A DNA stretch of 64,000 bases from contig NW_027191409.1 of the NCBI RefSeq assembly GCF_041146345.1, forward strand, positions 1 through 64,000. The letters run 5' to 3'. Positions within the stretch are counted from its first letter, which is position 1. Every line of letters begins with the position of its first letter. The notes beneath the pieces are model-generated. The model had not been told where the DNA came from and did no database searches. It was given only the letters and a program-made list of their open reading frames with translations. Positions 1-11,177 of the stretch are shown piece after piece. Position numbers and translations under genes: made by a program. The DNA is from Neodothiora populina. Lineage: Eukaryota.

Positions 1-80
1 AACCCTAACCCTAACCCTAACCCTAACCCTAACCCTAACCCTAACCCTAACCCTAACCCTAACCCTAACCCTAACCCTAA
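1..80. repeat. Telomeric repeat (CCCTAA)n, left chromosome end
   Basis: About 13 perfect CCCTAA units at the window start, the canonical TTAGGG telomere of filamentous ascomycetes. Confidence 0.99.
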
Positions 81-258
81 AGCTCAACAACATAACGATT
101 AAGAACAGATATCCACTACCTAATATTGAGGAACTACAGGACCGATTGTCCAAAGCTCAATGGTTTAGCAAGATTGATCTAAAAGGAGCCTACAATCTTA
201 TCAGAATGAAGGAAGGCGAGGAATGGAAAACCGCGTTTCGAACGAGATACAGTCATTT

Positions 259-456
259 TGTCAGGGTTCTGAGTCAGGAATAAAGATCAGTACGTAGATA
301 TAAGTCCAAGCTATATAACGAGACGTAGACAGGGGAGGAAAGACAGTACTAGGTCGAGGACAGGGAAGTACGGCGTTGAAGCCACGAGTCAGGAGTATAA
401 GTCACGTAACCTATACTAACTCAGGTGTCACGGTGATCAACGACCAAACCGTGACA
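259..456. mobile_element. Solo LTR of a second family inserted in pol
   Basis: 198 bp bounded by TGTCA...TGACA. It interrupts pol exactly between RT (..RYSHF) and RNase H (DHKNL..). The flanks CATTT/GATCA do not match, so there is no TSD. Confidence 0.7.
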
Positions 457-767
457 GATCATAAGAACCTCTTGCACTTTACAACAACAAAAGTTCTTAA
501 CCGCAGACAAGTTAGATGGTCTGAACTCCTTAGACAATATAAGTTCAACATTTGTTACACTCCAGGACGCGACAACAGCAGGGCAGACGCGCTTAGCAGA
601 AGAACAGACTACATAGAAGGAAAAGAACAGATGCAGTATAGCATACTAAAAAAGAACAATGACAGAAGCCTAAGTGCTAACGCTCAGGAATTTAATGTTA
701 CTATAAAGATACGACGAGACAATATGGAACAATTTCCTATTAATACGGATAGATATTACATATCAAC

Positions 768-1141
768 TGTTAAGGATTGGTTGTGAGGCTACTACGAATA
801 ATAGTCTCTCCTGGGTTGGACTCGTGAAGAGGAGTATCAAGGCACACGTGAAGAGGTAATTCCAATCACTGGTAACGAATATGAAATTGAACACAATGTT
901 CCATAGGGGAACATTGTTTACTGCTATATACCTTTTGGTATCGTAAGTGAGAGTAGTGGATCACTCCTATCACTCGTGAGTAGAGTGATTGAATCACTGT
1001 GATCACTCGTGAGCCAAGTGATCCTGAATCACTGTGATCACTCGTGAGTCAAGTGATTCCCCTTGGGGGGTAACCCTGTCCAGGGATTGATCACTCGCCA
1101 AGCCAGTGATTCGTGCGGGGTGCACGTGTGGGATCGTAACA
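768..1141 (-). mobile_element. Solo LTR of the host element's own family, inverted, nested in pol
   Basis: TGTTA...TAACA ends, reverse-complement homolog of the LTR at 2972-3340, and a perfect 5-bp TSD TCAAC (763-767 and 1142-1146). Removing it restores the pol frame (..YIST-LQQEECIRSHHD..). Confidence 0.95.
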
Positions 1142-2357
1142 TCAACCTTACAACAGGAAGAATGCATTCGCAGTCATCACGACGACCTTATAAACGGACA
1201 CCTCGGAGTAACAAGGACAATAGAACTAATACAACGACACTTTACATTCCTAAGAATAAAGTAACAAGTCACCACTTACATCGCACAATGTCACAGCTGT
1301 CAAGTTCATAAGGCATCTAGACATGCTAAGTACAGCAGTATTCAGTTTTCCGAACCACTTACTACGCCGTAGGAAGAAGTCACGATAGACTTCATTATTA
1401 AATTACTAAAGTCAAAGGAGCCAGCGACGGGATTCCATTACGACTCGATTCTAGTAATCGTGGACAAACTAACGAAGTATGCGCACTTCATTCCATGTAA
1501 TGAAAGCATCAATGTAGAACAACTCGGATATCTAGTACTAGATCGACTAGTGCGATATCATGGGATACCAAGAACATTCATCACAGACAGGGACAAGCTA
1601 TTTACATCAAACTACTAGAAAACGCTAGTCGGAGCAATAGGGATAAAGCATAAACTATCGACAGCTTATCACTCACAGACCGATAGACAAATAGAACGAA
1701 TAAACCAGACCTTAAAGACATATTTGCGACGCTATGTAAATTACGCACAGAACAATTAGGTACAACTATTACTAGCGGCACAACTTGCACTTAACAACAA
1801 TATATCCGCGACCACGAAACATACACCGTTCTACGCAAACTACGGACGACACCCCAACTTGTTCAATGAACTAAGAACGCATCCTAATGCATAAAAGGCG
1901 TTACAAGATGTCAACGAACTACAACAGGTACATCGACACATTTAATAGAACATTGCGACTACACAAAACAAGATCTTACAAAAAATAAAAATAAGAAAAG
2001 ATCCTTAGCTTAAAGAGGGGGATAGGGTATATCTACATACGAGGAACCTAAAAACAAAACGACAAATAAAGAAACTCGACCAAGTGAAAGTCGGACCTTT
2101 TTGAATCACTAAAGTTAAGGGACTAGTTAATTACCAACTAAAGTTACCTAAGGACGCCAAAGTACATCCAGTGTTCCACATCTCCTTATTGGAACCAGCC
2201 GACCTAGAAACACCCTTGCAGGAAACGTTCCATTATCAGCTAGAGGAGGAAGACGAGTTTAAAGTCGAACGTATTCTAAAACAAAAGGGTTAGAGATATT
2301 TAATCAAATGGAAAGGATATCCCGAGACGGAAAACACGTAAAAACCAGTCACGAACC

Positions 2358-2870
2358 TTAAGAACTGCCAGCAGCTGTTACGGCAGTATCACTAAGAGGA
2401 GGATCGAAGTTGATGAAGTCATTCACCATGCTAATGGAACCCTAGATAGCAGGGGAAAGACCCACGAGAGCGTCGGTAGCAGGACAGTCAGGGTTCTTAT
2501 GATCAAGTTCGCCTTAAGCCTTTATTTCATTCTTAAGGCACTTGGCCATTTTCCGAGCACGCGCTTCGGCCTGCCAGAGTATTTTCTTATAACGCATAAG
2601 GCGAGCCAGCACATGAGCCAGCTCGGCCTCGTCATCATCGACTTTCTTTTAATACTCCTCGCGAGTACGGTCCAGCGAGGACCAAGACAGATTAACACAT
2701 GCGCGACTAAGCCGCACACACTCGGAACAGCGAAGACGAGAAGCACCGTCTATGACGATGCAAGTATAACCGGAAGAAAAACAACGATCATAAGGAATCT
2801 TAGAAATATGACCACTCCTTTCGATTTCTAATGCTAAGCGAAGACGATTTCTAGTGGCAGAGGAAGACAT
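2358..2870 (-). pseudogene. Antisense accessory ORF of the retrotransposon, ~170 aa, Zn(II)2Cys6-like motif plus predicted coiled coil; inactivated
   Basis: ATG at 2870. P[Y]DRC-FSSGYT-C-IVIDGASRLR-CSEC-VRLSRA-C is followed by the helical segment EEY*KKVDDDEAELAHVLARLMRYKKILWQAEARARKMAKCL. Three internal stops are each one transition from CAA/TGG, and the frame is preserved to TAA at 2358. Confidence 0.75.
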
Positions 2871-2958
2871 TGTTGAAAGACGATTGAAGAACAGGCGGTG
2901 GAACCTTATGTGGGCACATTTACGTAATAACACGAGGCTATCGGGACGATTAGCTAAT

Positions 2959-2971
2959 AGGAGGGGAATGG
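2959..2971 (+). promoter_or_regulatory. Polypurine tract (plus-strand primer) of the retrotransposon
   Basis: AGGAGGGGAATGG immediately before the TG of the 3' LTR. Confidence 0.85.
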
Positions 2972-3340
2972 TGTTACGATCCCACACGTGCACCCCGCAC
3001 GAATCACTAGCTTGGCAAGTGATTACTCCTGGACAGGGTCACTCCCAAGCAGGATCACTCGGCTCACGAGTGATCACGATGATTCACGAGTCACTTAACT
3101 CACGAGCGAGCAAGTTGATCGTGTCACCCGGCTCACGAGTGACGAGGGTGATACAATACACTCACTTACATTGCCAGGAAGGTATATAGCAGTAGACAAT
3201 GTTCCCCTATGGAACATTGTGTTCAATTTCATATTCGTTACCAGTGATTGGAATTACCTCTTCACGTGTACCTTGATACTCCTCTTCACGAGTCCAACCC
3301 AGGAGAGACTATTACGTAGCCTCACAACCAATCCTTAACA
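2972..3340 (+). mobile_element. 3' LTR of the chromovirus (369 bp)
   Basis: TGTTA...TAACA ends, preceded by the PPT, contains TATATA (~3183), and is homologous to the inverted copy at 768-1141. Confidence 0.93.
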
Positions 3341-3607
3341 TCTTGCAACTACTCGTCAGGAGCATTCATACCGCATGCTGCACCGCACTTCGAAGGACAG
3401 CGATCATACTCGTACCCCGTACCGGTAAGCTACTGATGCGTGGTCGGGCGATACCAGAATTGTTTGCACATGCGCGTGCATTCTGTGATATGGGATCTCC
3501 TCGTACGCCTGGCGTTAGCAGAATGATCTCCAGTATGATTTTGTGGGCTATCGGCCAGGCTGGGAGTGTCCAAGTTGATTAGATCTTGTATTACCATAGA
3601 CTGTGTT

Positions 3608-3767
3608 GGTCAGGGTTCTTGGATGAAGGAAATTGTAGTATGTGCTGGATATCTAGGAATGACGGAGAGATGGAGGAAAGCTCCCGCTATATAATGCAGG
3701 ATAGTACCGGAGTACTGCCGGTTGTCTTGTAGTTGCCTCCCGCATCAGGGCAGGTGCCATCCTGACA
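3608..3767. mobile_element. Possible degenerate solo LTR related to 259-456
   Basis: Begins (G)GTCAGGGTTCT like TGTCAGGGTTCT at 259, shares GCTATATAA and GGAGGAAAG, and ends CCTGACA. No TSD. Confidence 0.4.
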
Positions 3768-4183
3768 ACTGATAGGATTAAATTAGAGAGATGGAAGAGT
3801 ATGCTCTATGCTAGATCACTACCGCCCGATGTAACGACGCTTAAGATAATCGAGCCTTAGATTTGTTAGCGAGTATTGAACTAGCTCAACTCGCATATCT
3901 ACTTGCGTACATAATAAAGTGCTAAGATATTGCTGCGTTCTCTACCACATTGTATGCATAATTCGGGACTGGTGCCTGAAGTAAAGCAAGGGACCCTTGT
4001 TTCTGATAAGCGGGGTCATCATTGCTGCCTAGGTGGCCCGCGTCCAGTCGCGCTAGAATAGCGACTGTAAAAGTACGCGTCTCTACGCGCAACAGAAGGT
4101 TATAAAGAGTAAGGTGCAGTACCTAAGGTTGGTGATCAGGCTCCATACTTCTCCATCAACGAGCGTCATTGCGTACAAACAAA

Positions 4184-4228
4184 GACCCCTCTAAAAACAT
4201 CTTCTTGACCCCCTAAAAACATCTTCTT
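4184..4228. repeat. Short tandem duplication (2 x ~22 bp) upstream of the GFA gene
   Basis: GACCCCTCTAAAAACATCTTCTT followed by GACCCCCTAAAAACATCTTCTT. Confidence 0.8.
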
Positions 4229-4325
4229 GAAGCACAGCATCACTTCCTATTCAGACCCTGTCGCACGGAGAGGTATATCAGGCTTCATACTCAACTCCAA
4301 GAGATCAAGCCGTCCCGTCTTTGCA

Positions 4326-4667
4326 ATGACCGACCTCAGTATTACGTGTCACTGCAAAGCCATCTGCCTTACCTTCCCACCCTTGCGCGAGCCTGCTATC
4401 GAATGCCTATGCTCGATCTGCCGACGATACGGTGCACTTTGGGCGTATTACAAGCCAGATGAAGTCCAGGTTAAGGCTGAAGGCGACGCGATAGAGGCGT
4501 ACATATGGGGCAAGAAGAGGCTGAGTTTCAATCGTTGTAAAAGATGCGGGTGCATGACGCACTATACCGTAGTGGGCAATACAGAGCCACGAGTAGCAGT
4601 CAATTGCAGGATGTTTGAAAGGGAGGAGTTTGATGGGCTTGAGAGCGAGCAGTCTGATGGGGAGTAG
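4326..4667 (+). CDS. GFA/CENP-V (Mss4-like) glutathione-dependent formaldehyde-activating family protein, 113 aa
   Basis: CHC, CLCSIC..GALWAYY and CKRCGC zinc motifs plus C-terminal VAVNCRM. Intronless. Confidence 0.88.
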   Translation: MTDLSITCHCKAICLTFPPLREPAIECLCSICRRYGALWAYYKPDEVQVKAEGDAIEAYIWGKKRLSFNRCKRCGCMTHYTVVGNTEPRVAVNCRMFEREEFDGLESEQSDGE

Positions 4668-4681
4668 TGGTAGTGGCGATA

Positions 4682-6127
4682 TCATCCTTGATCATCTCTC
4701 ACGATTTCGCCTGACTCAATCAAGTCTTTCAGCAACCATTCATCGAAAAATATGTCTTGCCAATCACTGCGATCCTCTGGCTTCCAATGCAGCATTTTTC
4801 TTTTGAACGTCAGAAAATTATCCTTGTCTTGGCCCTCAAGACGCTGCTCGCAGCTCTCGAGACTTATATTTGGTATTGCTGTTTCATGTTTCCAATTACC
4901 TGGTTTCATGGATTAGGTCTCTATGAGGCTGTACAGAGTGGGCTGAGGTGAAACACCATCCTGATGCCAGTACTCCACGGCCTTCTCGGAGGCTCTGAGA
5001 AAGTCTACAGGAGGATTGCCTAAAATTGCCACCATCTGCGCAAGATGGTGGCTCTCCGAATACTGGCCCTTACGATTCTTAGCACTAAAAAGTATTTCTG
5101 GTTCGAATAGATCCCAGAGCTGTTTTGACATGTCAGCAATTACGGAACAGAAGAACAAAGAGATGTCAACACGTAAGAGCACCCGTGATAACGCGCTTAC
5201 TGTCGTTGCAAACCCCCATTTGTCCACAGGGTAGCCCCACTCAATTCCTAATACCACTTCGGGCGCTTCATACACACCCGGCATGATAAGTCCAGTGTGT
5301 GTGGGGTTTCCAAATCGGGCCTCGCTAAAGTCCGTCAAGGAAGGAAGTGCTTTTGTCAACGGCATCGGCTGCGAGACATATGTAGTACGATCTGGGAGCT
5401 CTTTCGCCGGCATAGGGCTATTGACTGCCATTTCTACAGGTGTATCGAGGACAGAAGTATCATGAATGCCTAAGAGCATATTTTTAGGTTGAAGATCTAG
5501 GACTATAAGCGATGGCTATGCAGTGCAACACCTCGATGCTTTTACCTGTATATATCACGTTGGCGTCTTTGTGCAAAAAGTCGAGTGCGGACAATATGTG
5601 ACGCTAGATCTGTCGCACCAAGTCCTCGTCGAACTTTCCTTCAGCTGTCAGATCCCTCAGCTCGTCAAAATTAATGCCAAGTGGTTCGTGGACAAGAGAT
5701 ATATGCCTGCCATCAGGGCCGTCGATCTCAAACGAGTCAAGAAGTTTCCTAACATGGTGACGACCATCGTTGCACGAATTTATACCTTGAATGTGCTGAT
5801 ATATACCAAGCTCGCGTTGTCTTTTCGAGCTGTTCACATAGATCTACAGAGTGGCATTTTTTTGATCTTGAATAGATCGCGGCAAAGCCAGACAGTTGAT
5901 GCTGATCCATATCCAAGTTTGCCGATAATTTCGTACCGGTCCTTTATGAGTTGACCGATCTTTACGGGGAAGAATTGTTCTGTTCTGTGTCCACGAAGAG
6001 TCTCTTCTTCAATGAGCATCGAGGGATTAAGCCGGTCAAGCATCTTGCTGGAGGATGCCCATCGATGGCGCACATTATATCGCGGATATGATCTGCAGAT
6101 CTGACGTGGCACCAAAACACGGTACAT
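4682..6127 (-). pseudogene. SRPK-like (CMGC) protein kinase pseudogene
   Basis: KLGYGSASTVWLCRD, LVHEPLG, (Y)TDLQPKN, DFSEA, YEAPEV and HLAQMVAILG across introns. There is a frameshift near 5855-5860, a stop at the expected catalytic Lys position (ATL*IYV) and an in-frame TAG at 5604-5606. Confidence 0.85.
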
Positions 6128-7011
6128 CGGTTGGTTCTGGTGCTTGACACAACTTTGCTGGAAGATGGGGCAGATCTACGCGTGGGCTTTGACTCACGGA
6201 TTCGAGGATCGCGGGGGCGCGGCCGGAAGCAATTTTTGGTGCCTTGACGCGTCGCAGGACTTGCACTGCTGTATGAGATGGTCCTCTTCATCAATTCGCC
6301 ACACGCGCCAGAATCATTCTACCTGAATTTCAAGAGTTCTTATTCACTGGTCCCGTCGCCAGCGGCACACCAACAGGCTGCCGCCTTGTCTGGCTGCGAG
6401 CAAAGCACCAATATGGGGCAATTGCAAGATACCAGCGATAGCCGCGACAGTCACAGCTCATTCTGCGACATGAACATGCATTATGTTTCTGTTCACAACA
6501 TGAAAATTTCCAAGGGAATCGCAAGTTGATGGGGTGGTAGCAATGTAATGCGCGCGTCTGATGTTAGATTCGCTACAATGCGCAGTGGACCTTGCTATCT
6601 ATCACAGTCGCTATATCTTTGTAGACCTCTGAGCTGTCTCTCTCATGGAAAACCTTATAGCGAAACAGAACAGATCGATAAACAATATAACTCCAGATGA
6701 TAGGAGGTATACAGTATAACTGATCTTCAAGTAGATAGCAAAACGCCGACTCACATGGTATTAGAGCGAAAACTTCTGTGCAAGGCGCTTTTCGGTATCG
6801 CATACTGATATATTGCGTCTGAACATGAACCACTCTCACAACAAGACAATGCCAATGGAGACCATGTCCCTTAAACGATACAGGTGGTCCCATACAAAAG
6901 CCTGGCTGCGGATTGTGCGGCAAGCCTTCAAATTCTTGTGATCTACTCGGTATGAACATTAGGGAAAGCAACTTTACCACTTCAATTATGCAATCTTTGC
7001 CTGCGCTAATC

Positions 7012-8925
7012 TCACACCTTCTCAATGTAAGTGTGTCCTTCACCCTTGGACATTGCTGAACCTCGTCTACCCTTGTGCCCATAGATAGATCCGGTCAAAG
7101 ATTGTCTCCGGCCGGTTGAATGCTGCGCTAGTCGTTCGCGGACCTCGGGGGAGCGTGCAAAGAGAATGTCAATCTCTTCTAAGGTTTTGCCAGTCGCTAG
7201 TTGGACGCGGTCAGCACTGATCTCATATTTGACGACCGTGATGCATGTAGCTGCATGAAAACTTTTGGAGTAGCGACTAACTTTCAGGGCAAAGGAAATA
7301 GACGTAGGCTGCAGCAAGGAAGCAGCAGAGCAAGGGCCAGATGAAAATCTTCGGACCGACAGCGTTGATGCCAGTCCCACCTCCAAATACCATTACCCAG
7401 GTTGAGAACCATTCACCGGATGCACCAAGACTACCAGCGATGTGTCGATATTTCAATGGTGCAATTTCAGGTCCGTAGACCCAGCATGTTCCGAGCCAGC
7501 CAAAGGCGAACACAACTTCGTAAAGAATAATTATGACCACGGCTGCCCAATTGGTACCAGTATTGGTAAGATGAGGCGGCAAGGTGGTGAGTACGATGTA
7601 GATGAGCATACAAATGCCACAACCAAAAGCAGACCTTAGATGGCGAAAAATGGTCAGCGAGTCACTTCATGGCTAAATAAGACTGTGGAACGCTTGGAGA
7701 CTGTGTGAGGGCACTAGCGCGTTCATACTTACCAGATCATCATGGCCCGGCGCCCGACCTTTTCAATGTACCAGATGGGAGGGTATGATGCGATTGCAAA
7801 GGCAGTGTTGAGCACACCGGCGAGAATTCCGGATAGCAATGGCGAGTAGTTAAGGTTGGTGAAGATCTGAGTGCTGAAATAAACAAGCATGTTGATGCCC
7901 AGAAATTGTTGTGCCTAATGATTTGGATGATCAGCAGATATATGTGAAAGTACGATACTCACATTAAAACCTACCCAATTGATAAGAAAGGATGTGCGGA
8001 GACGACGTCCAAACTGAAGCTCCGTGGTGTCCCATACCAAGCACCACCAGTTGAAGTCTCCTTCATCGTCTTCATCCTTTAGAGATCCAAGAATCTCGGA
8101 TCTGACAAGCTGGACGGATGGGTGGTCAATCGGTAGGCAATGAAGACGAGCCAGCACATCATCGCCTTTGTCGTAGTAATCGCGCGCATAGTACCAACGA
8201 GGCGTATCAGGTAACATGAACAATAGAATTGCAGAAAAGCACGCGAAGCAGCTTTGCATCGCTAATGGGATACGCCAGAGCCAAGGATGGCGGTCGAGAC
8301 CTTGTACGAAGCCTAGATCGATCCAGTAGGCCAAAGCAACACCTGTGATAAGGAGCGCAAGCTGGTATGATACTTCGGGTCCTCGTTCTGAAGCTTCCAG
8401 CGACATCTCAGCCTAGATTACTAGTTAGTGAGTAAGAAACGCGAGGGCAGATGAGATGATAAGTCAGACCATGTAGGTCGGAACAGCTGAAGCAATGCAG
8501 CCAATGCCAGAGCCTGTGACGATTCGCCCGACGATAATTTGGCCAACAGAATAGGTCGAAGCTTGCAGGAGAGCGCCAATATTGATGAGAAGGCATCCAA
8601 TGAGGATCGTGCCCTTCCTGCCCACTTTCATACCAAAAGCGCTTACGAAGAGTGACATGATTGCAGCAGCGAGGTTGTATATGGATGCAATGATAGGAAT
8701 AATGAATGGACCTGTTGGATTTCCGATAGCATCTCGGAATTGAGGCGTCTCTTGAATACCACCGAGGACTCCTGCAAATTTGATCAGATAAATTCGGTAC
8801 TGGAAGAACGACACGAGCTCACCAGCGTCCCATCCATAAAGCATGAATGCAGAGCCACATGCCGCGCTCATGATGCGGTAGAGCGTCTTACCCTGGACTC
8901 TGTCGAGAGCGCCAAACATCCCCAT
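7012..8925 (-). CDS. MFS sugar porter (Stl1-like clade), ~6 exons
   Basis: LYGWDAG, GRKGTI, GRIVTG.GIG, VPTYM/AEMS, PDTPRW, QQFLGIN, YGPEIAPLKYR and PETTGKTLEEID. GT-AG introns join in frame. Confidence 0.92.
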
Positions 8926-10256
8926 AGTGTACAATGAAGGGTCAATATGGAGGTAATCACAAAGAATTCCGATGATCCCGATTCGAGAAGAGCGGCGGCG
9001 AGTTCATGCACATCTGGTCCTGGTGACATCGAGGGAATGGTCTCAGACCTTATACTCCGTACTCCACTACCCCACAACTTTGTACCCCAGAGTTGTATAC
9101 CCCATATTGCAAGCCGACAAAACTTGATACTATACCATGTTAACGGGGGCAACACGTGCAGAGGAGTGGACGGAAAAAGAAAGGTTGACCACAAAACAGA
9201 AAAGCGTGGAAGCGGGGCGCGTATCGTTTCCCCATCAGGTCCACCGCACTGAAAAGACAGCGAAGGTTATAGAGACCCTGTACGACTTCGTCCACTCCTT
9301 GCTAGCGAGGGCACCATGTCGTTGTCAATGTCGAGGCAGGAACCGAGATCCGGTTGTCGTCTGATGCAATCTTGTGGGTCTTCACAAGCGTGGAGCAGAC
9401 ATAGAGAGGGTACCGTGTTCAGCGCCTAAAAGGCCTATTCTGGCTTTTACTTTCGCCAGTGATACACATCAGATTGCACCGCACTGCGATGATCGTATCT
9501 CAAAGCCTTCCAGTTGGACGTCACGATTCTAGAGCTATAGAATGAAATGTGAGATAAGATTTGACTCCCTTCCATCCAGCAATCTAGAATTACTACTCAA
9601 AGTCTGGCCGGGTGTTACTTATTCCCCGCACTTCCTCTTGAGGCACATTAGGTTAAACGCCACGTTTCAGCGACATGATGATTCCGGATGAGGAGATTTT
9701 AGACGCTGGGCTTGACAAAGGCTCTAAAGGTACTAGTCGTCCGTTCGACAATTGGTCCGGGAATGCTATTGCCTGGTCATACTTGTAGTACTGGTAAGCA
9801 TAGGGTCCGCCCTTCACGAGTTTCGAGATTCGTGCTACTTAACGTACAGTCTCGTCGTAGCGTATTAGGTGAAAATTGTATTGGGGGGTTGAAAAGGCAA
9901 TCCACAAGGCTTTCGTGACCTCATGATCTGCATCCGGAGATAAAACCGATTCGATCTCAGTGACAGCTGAGATGCATGAGAATGAAACAACCATCCCAGA
10001 CGAACAAAACCCATCACTGGATCCCGTGCAAGGGATCAATGCCACTTGGTAAGGAACTGATACTAGCAGACTCGTCCCTAGGCACCCATGTATAAGAACC
10101 CAAACGTGTACACAAGAGCTTATAGTGGAAGCAACTGGTGGGTAAAGTGGTACGAGTGATGGATTCTCCCAAACATGCTGTGCTCTGCCAAAAAGAAAGA
10201 GCTTGTACACTAAAAGAATCAGCCGATTACTGTAATACTCAAACTAACACTGTTGT

Positions 10257-11177
10257 CTAGCTGTGCTTTTCAACAAATCCCAAGACCTTCTTCACAAAGT
10301 CCTGTGGGTTTTCCTCAGCAGTCCAGTGCCCACTCTGATCCACAGTCACAATTTCTACCTTGTTATAATACTCGCGAGTCTGCTCCTCGGCCACCGCAAG
10401 CAACAGACTCATCTCTCCACACAGGGCGGATGCAGGCATTTTCAGCTTTCCACCTTCCTTCAACATCGCTTGGTTGTCCTTTGCATCTTGGGGGAATGCG
10501 CGATAAAGCTCGAATCCAGCTCTCATGCCACCAGGCTGGGCAAAGCTAGCGGCGTAGTGGTCTACATCTCGCGGCGTGATACCGACAGGGTTGAAGCAGA
10601 GTCGGTCGTAGAAGTGCTTGATATAGATCTTCTCCTTGCCTTGAGTGAGTAGTTCAGGAAGGTCAAGTTGTTGTTGGAAGGTGAAGTGCCACATTCCAGG
10701 GGAGTTCTTGAAGCCAGACTCGTATGGTTTTGCGCCCGGTAGGGGGCACTCACCAAACATGACCGACCGGGTATGGTTAGGGTGAGACGCTGCATAGGCG
10801 TGTGCGACCATGCCACCGATATCCTGACCGACGACATGGATAGGGGATTTTATGCCCAGGTGATCGTAAGCTACTATGTACAAATCGTTGGCTACAGTCA
10901 CTTTGTCGTAACCTAGCTTAGGGTGCGACGAGTCTCCTGCTCCACGGTAGTCTGGGGCGATGACCCTGTATCCAGCCTTGGCGAATGGAGTGATTACGTG
11001 CCGCCATTGATACGAGGTGTTCGGATAACCATGAATGAGCAGGATGACTCCCTTTTCGGTCCCACTAGAAGATGGACAGTCAATGTAGTGTATTCGGACT
11101 TCTCGAGCATCATCTACGAATGCATGGCCGTGTTTCCAAGTCTTATCCTCGATTTCGGTTGGATTTATAGACGGCAT
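10257..11177 (-). CDS. Alpha/beta-fold hydrolase, soluble epoxide hydrolase / dehalogenase-like
   Basis: HGYP oxyanion motif, APDYRGAGDS, nucleophile GQDIGG, lid Tyr (ELYRA) and catalytic His in SGHW. Intronless, 306 aa. Confidence 0.9.
   Translation of the reverse strand: MPSINPTEIEDKTWKHGHAFVDDAREVRIHYIDCPSSSGTEKGVILLIHGYPNTSYQWRHVITPFAKAGYRVIAPDYRGAGDSSHPKLGYDKVTVANDLYIVAYDHLGIKSPIHVVGQDIGGMVAHAYAASHPNHTRSVMFGECPLPGAKPYESGFKNSPGMWHFTFQQQLDLPELLTQGKEKIYIKHFYDRLCFNPVGITPRDVDHYAASFAQPGGMRAGFELYRAFPQDAKDNQAMLKEGGKLKMPASALCGEMSLLLAVAEEQTREYYNKVEIVTVDQSGHWTAEENPQDFVKKVLGFVEKHS

Larger units (their letters stand above)
81..3340 (+). mobile_element. 5'-truncated, degenerate Ty3/Gypsy chromovirus LTR retrotransposon (RT fragment, RNase H, integrase, chromodomain, PPT, 3' LTR)
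   Basis: Manual translation gives [16 protein letters not shown]...[26 protein letters not shown] (80-258); RNase H DHKNL..LNRRQVRW..NSRADALSR (457-767); integrase HHCC (HHDDLINGHLG...CHSC) and core (DFI, VDKLTK, TDRD, STAYH); GPF/HPVFHISLL; and chromodomain FKVERIL..YLIKWKGY ending ~2413. There are many TGG>TAG and CAA>TAA stops. Confidence 0.96.

Noticed and set aside
376..786. 136-aa ORF as an independent gene
   Set aside because: It is a chimera of solo-LTR sequence, the RNase H/linker part of pol and the start of the second solo LTR.
3800..4120. Further LTR remnant starting TGTAACG at ~3830
   Set aside because: No matching CA end, TSD or second copy is visible.
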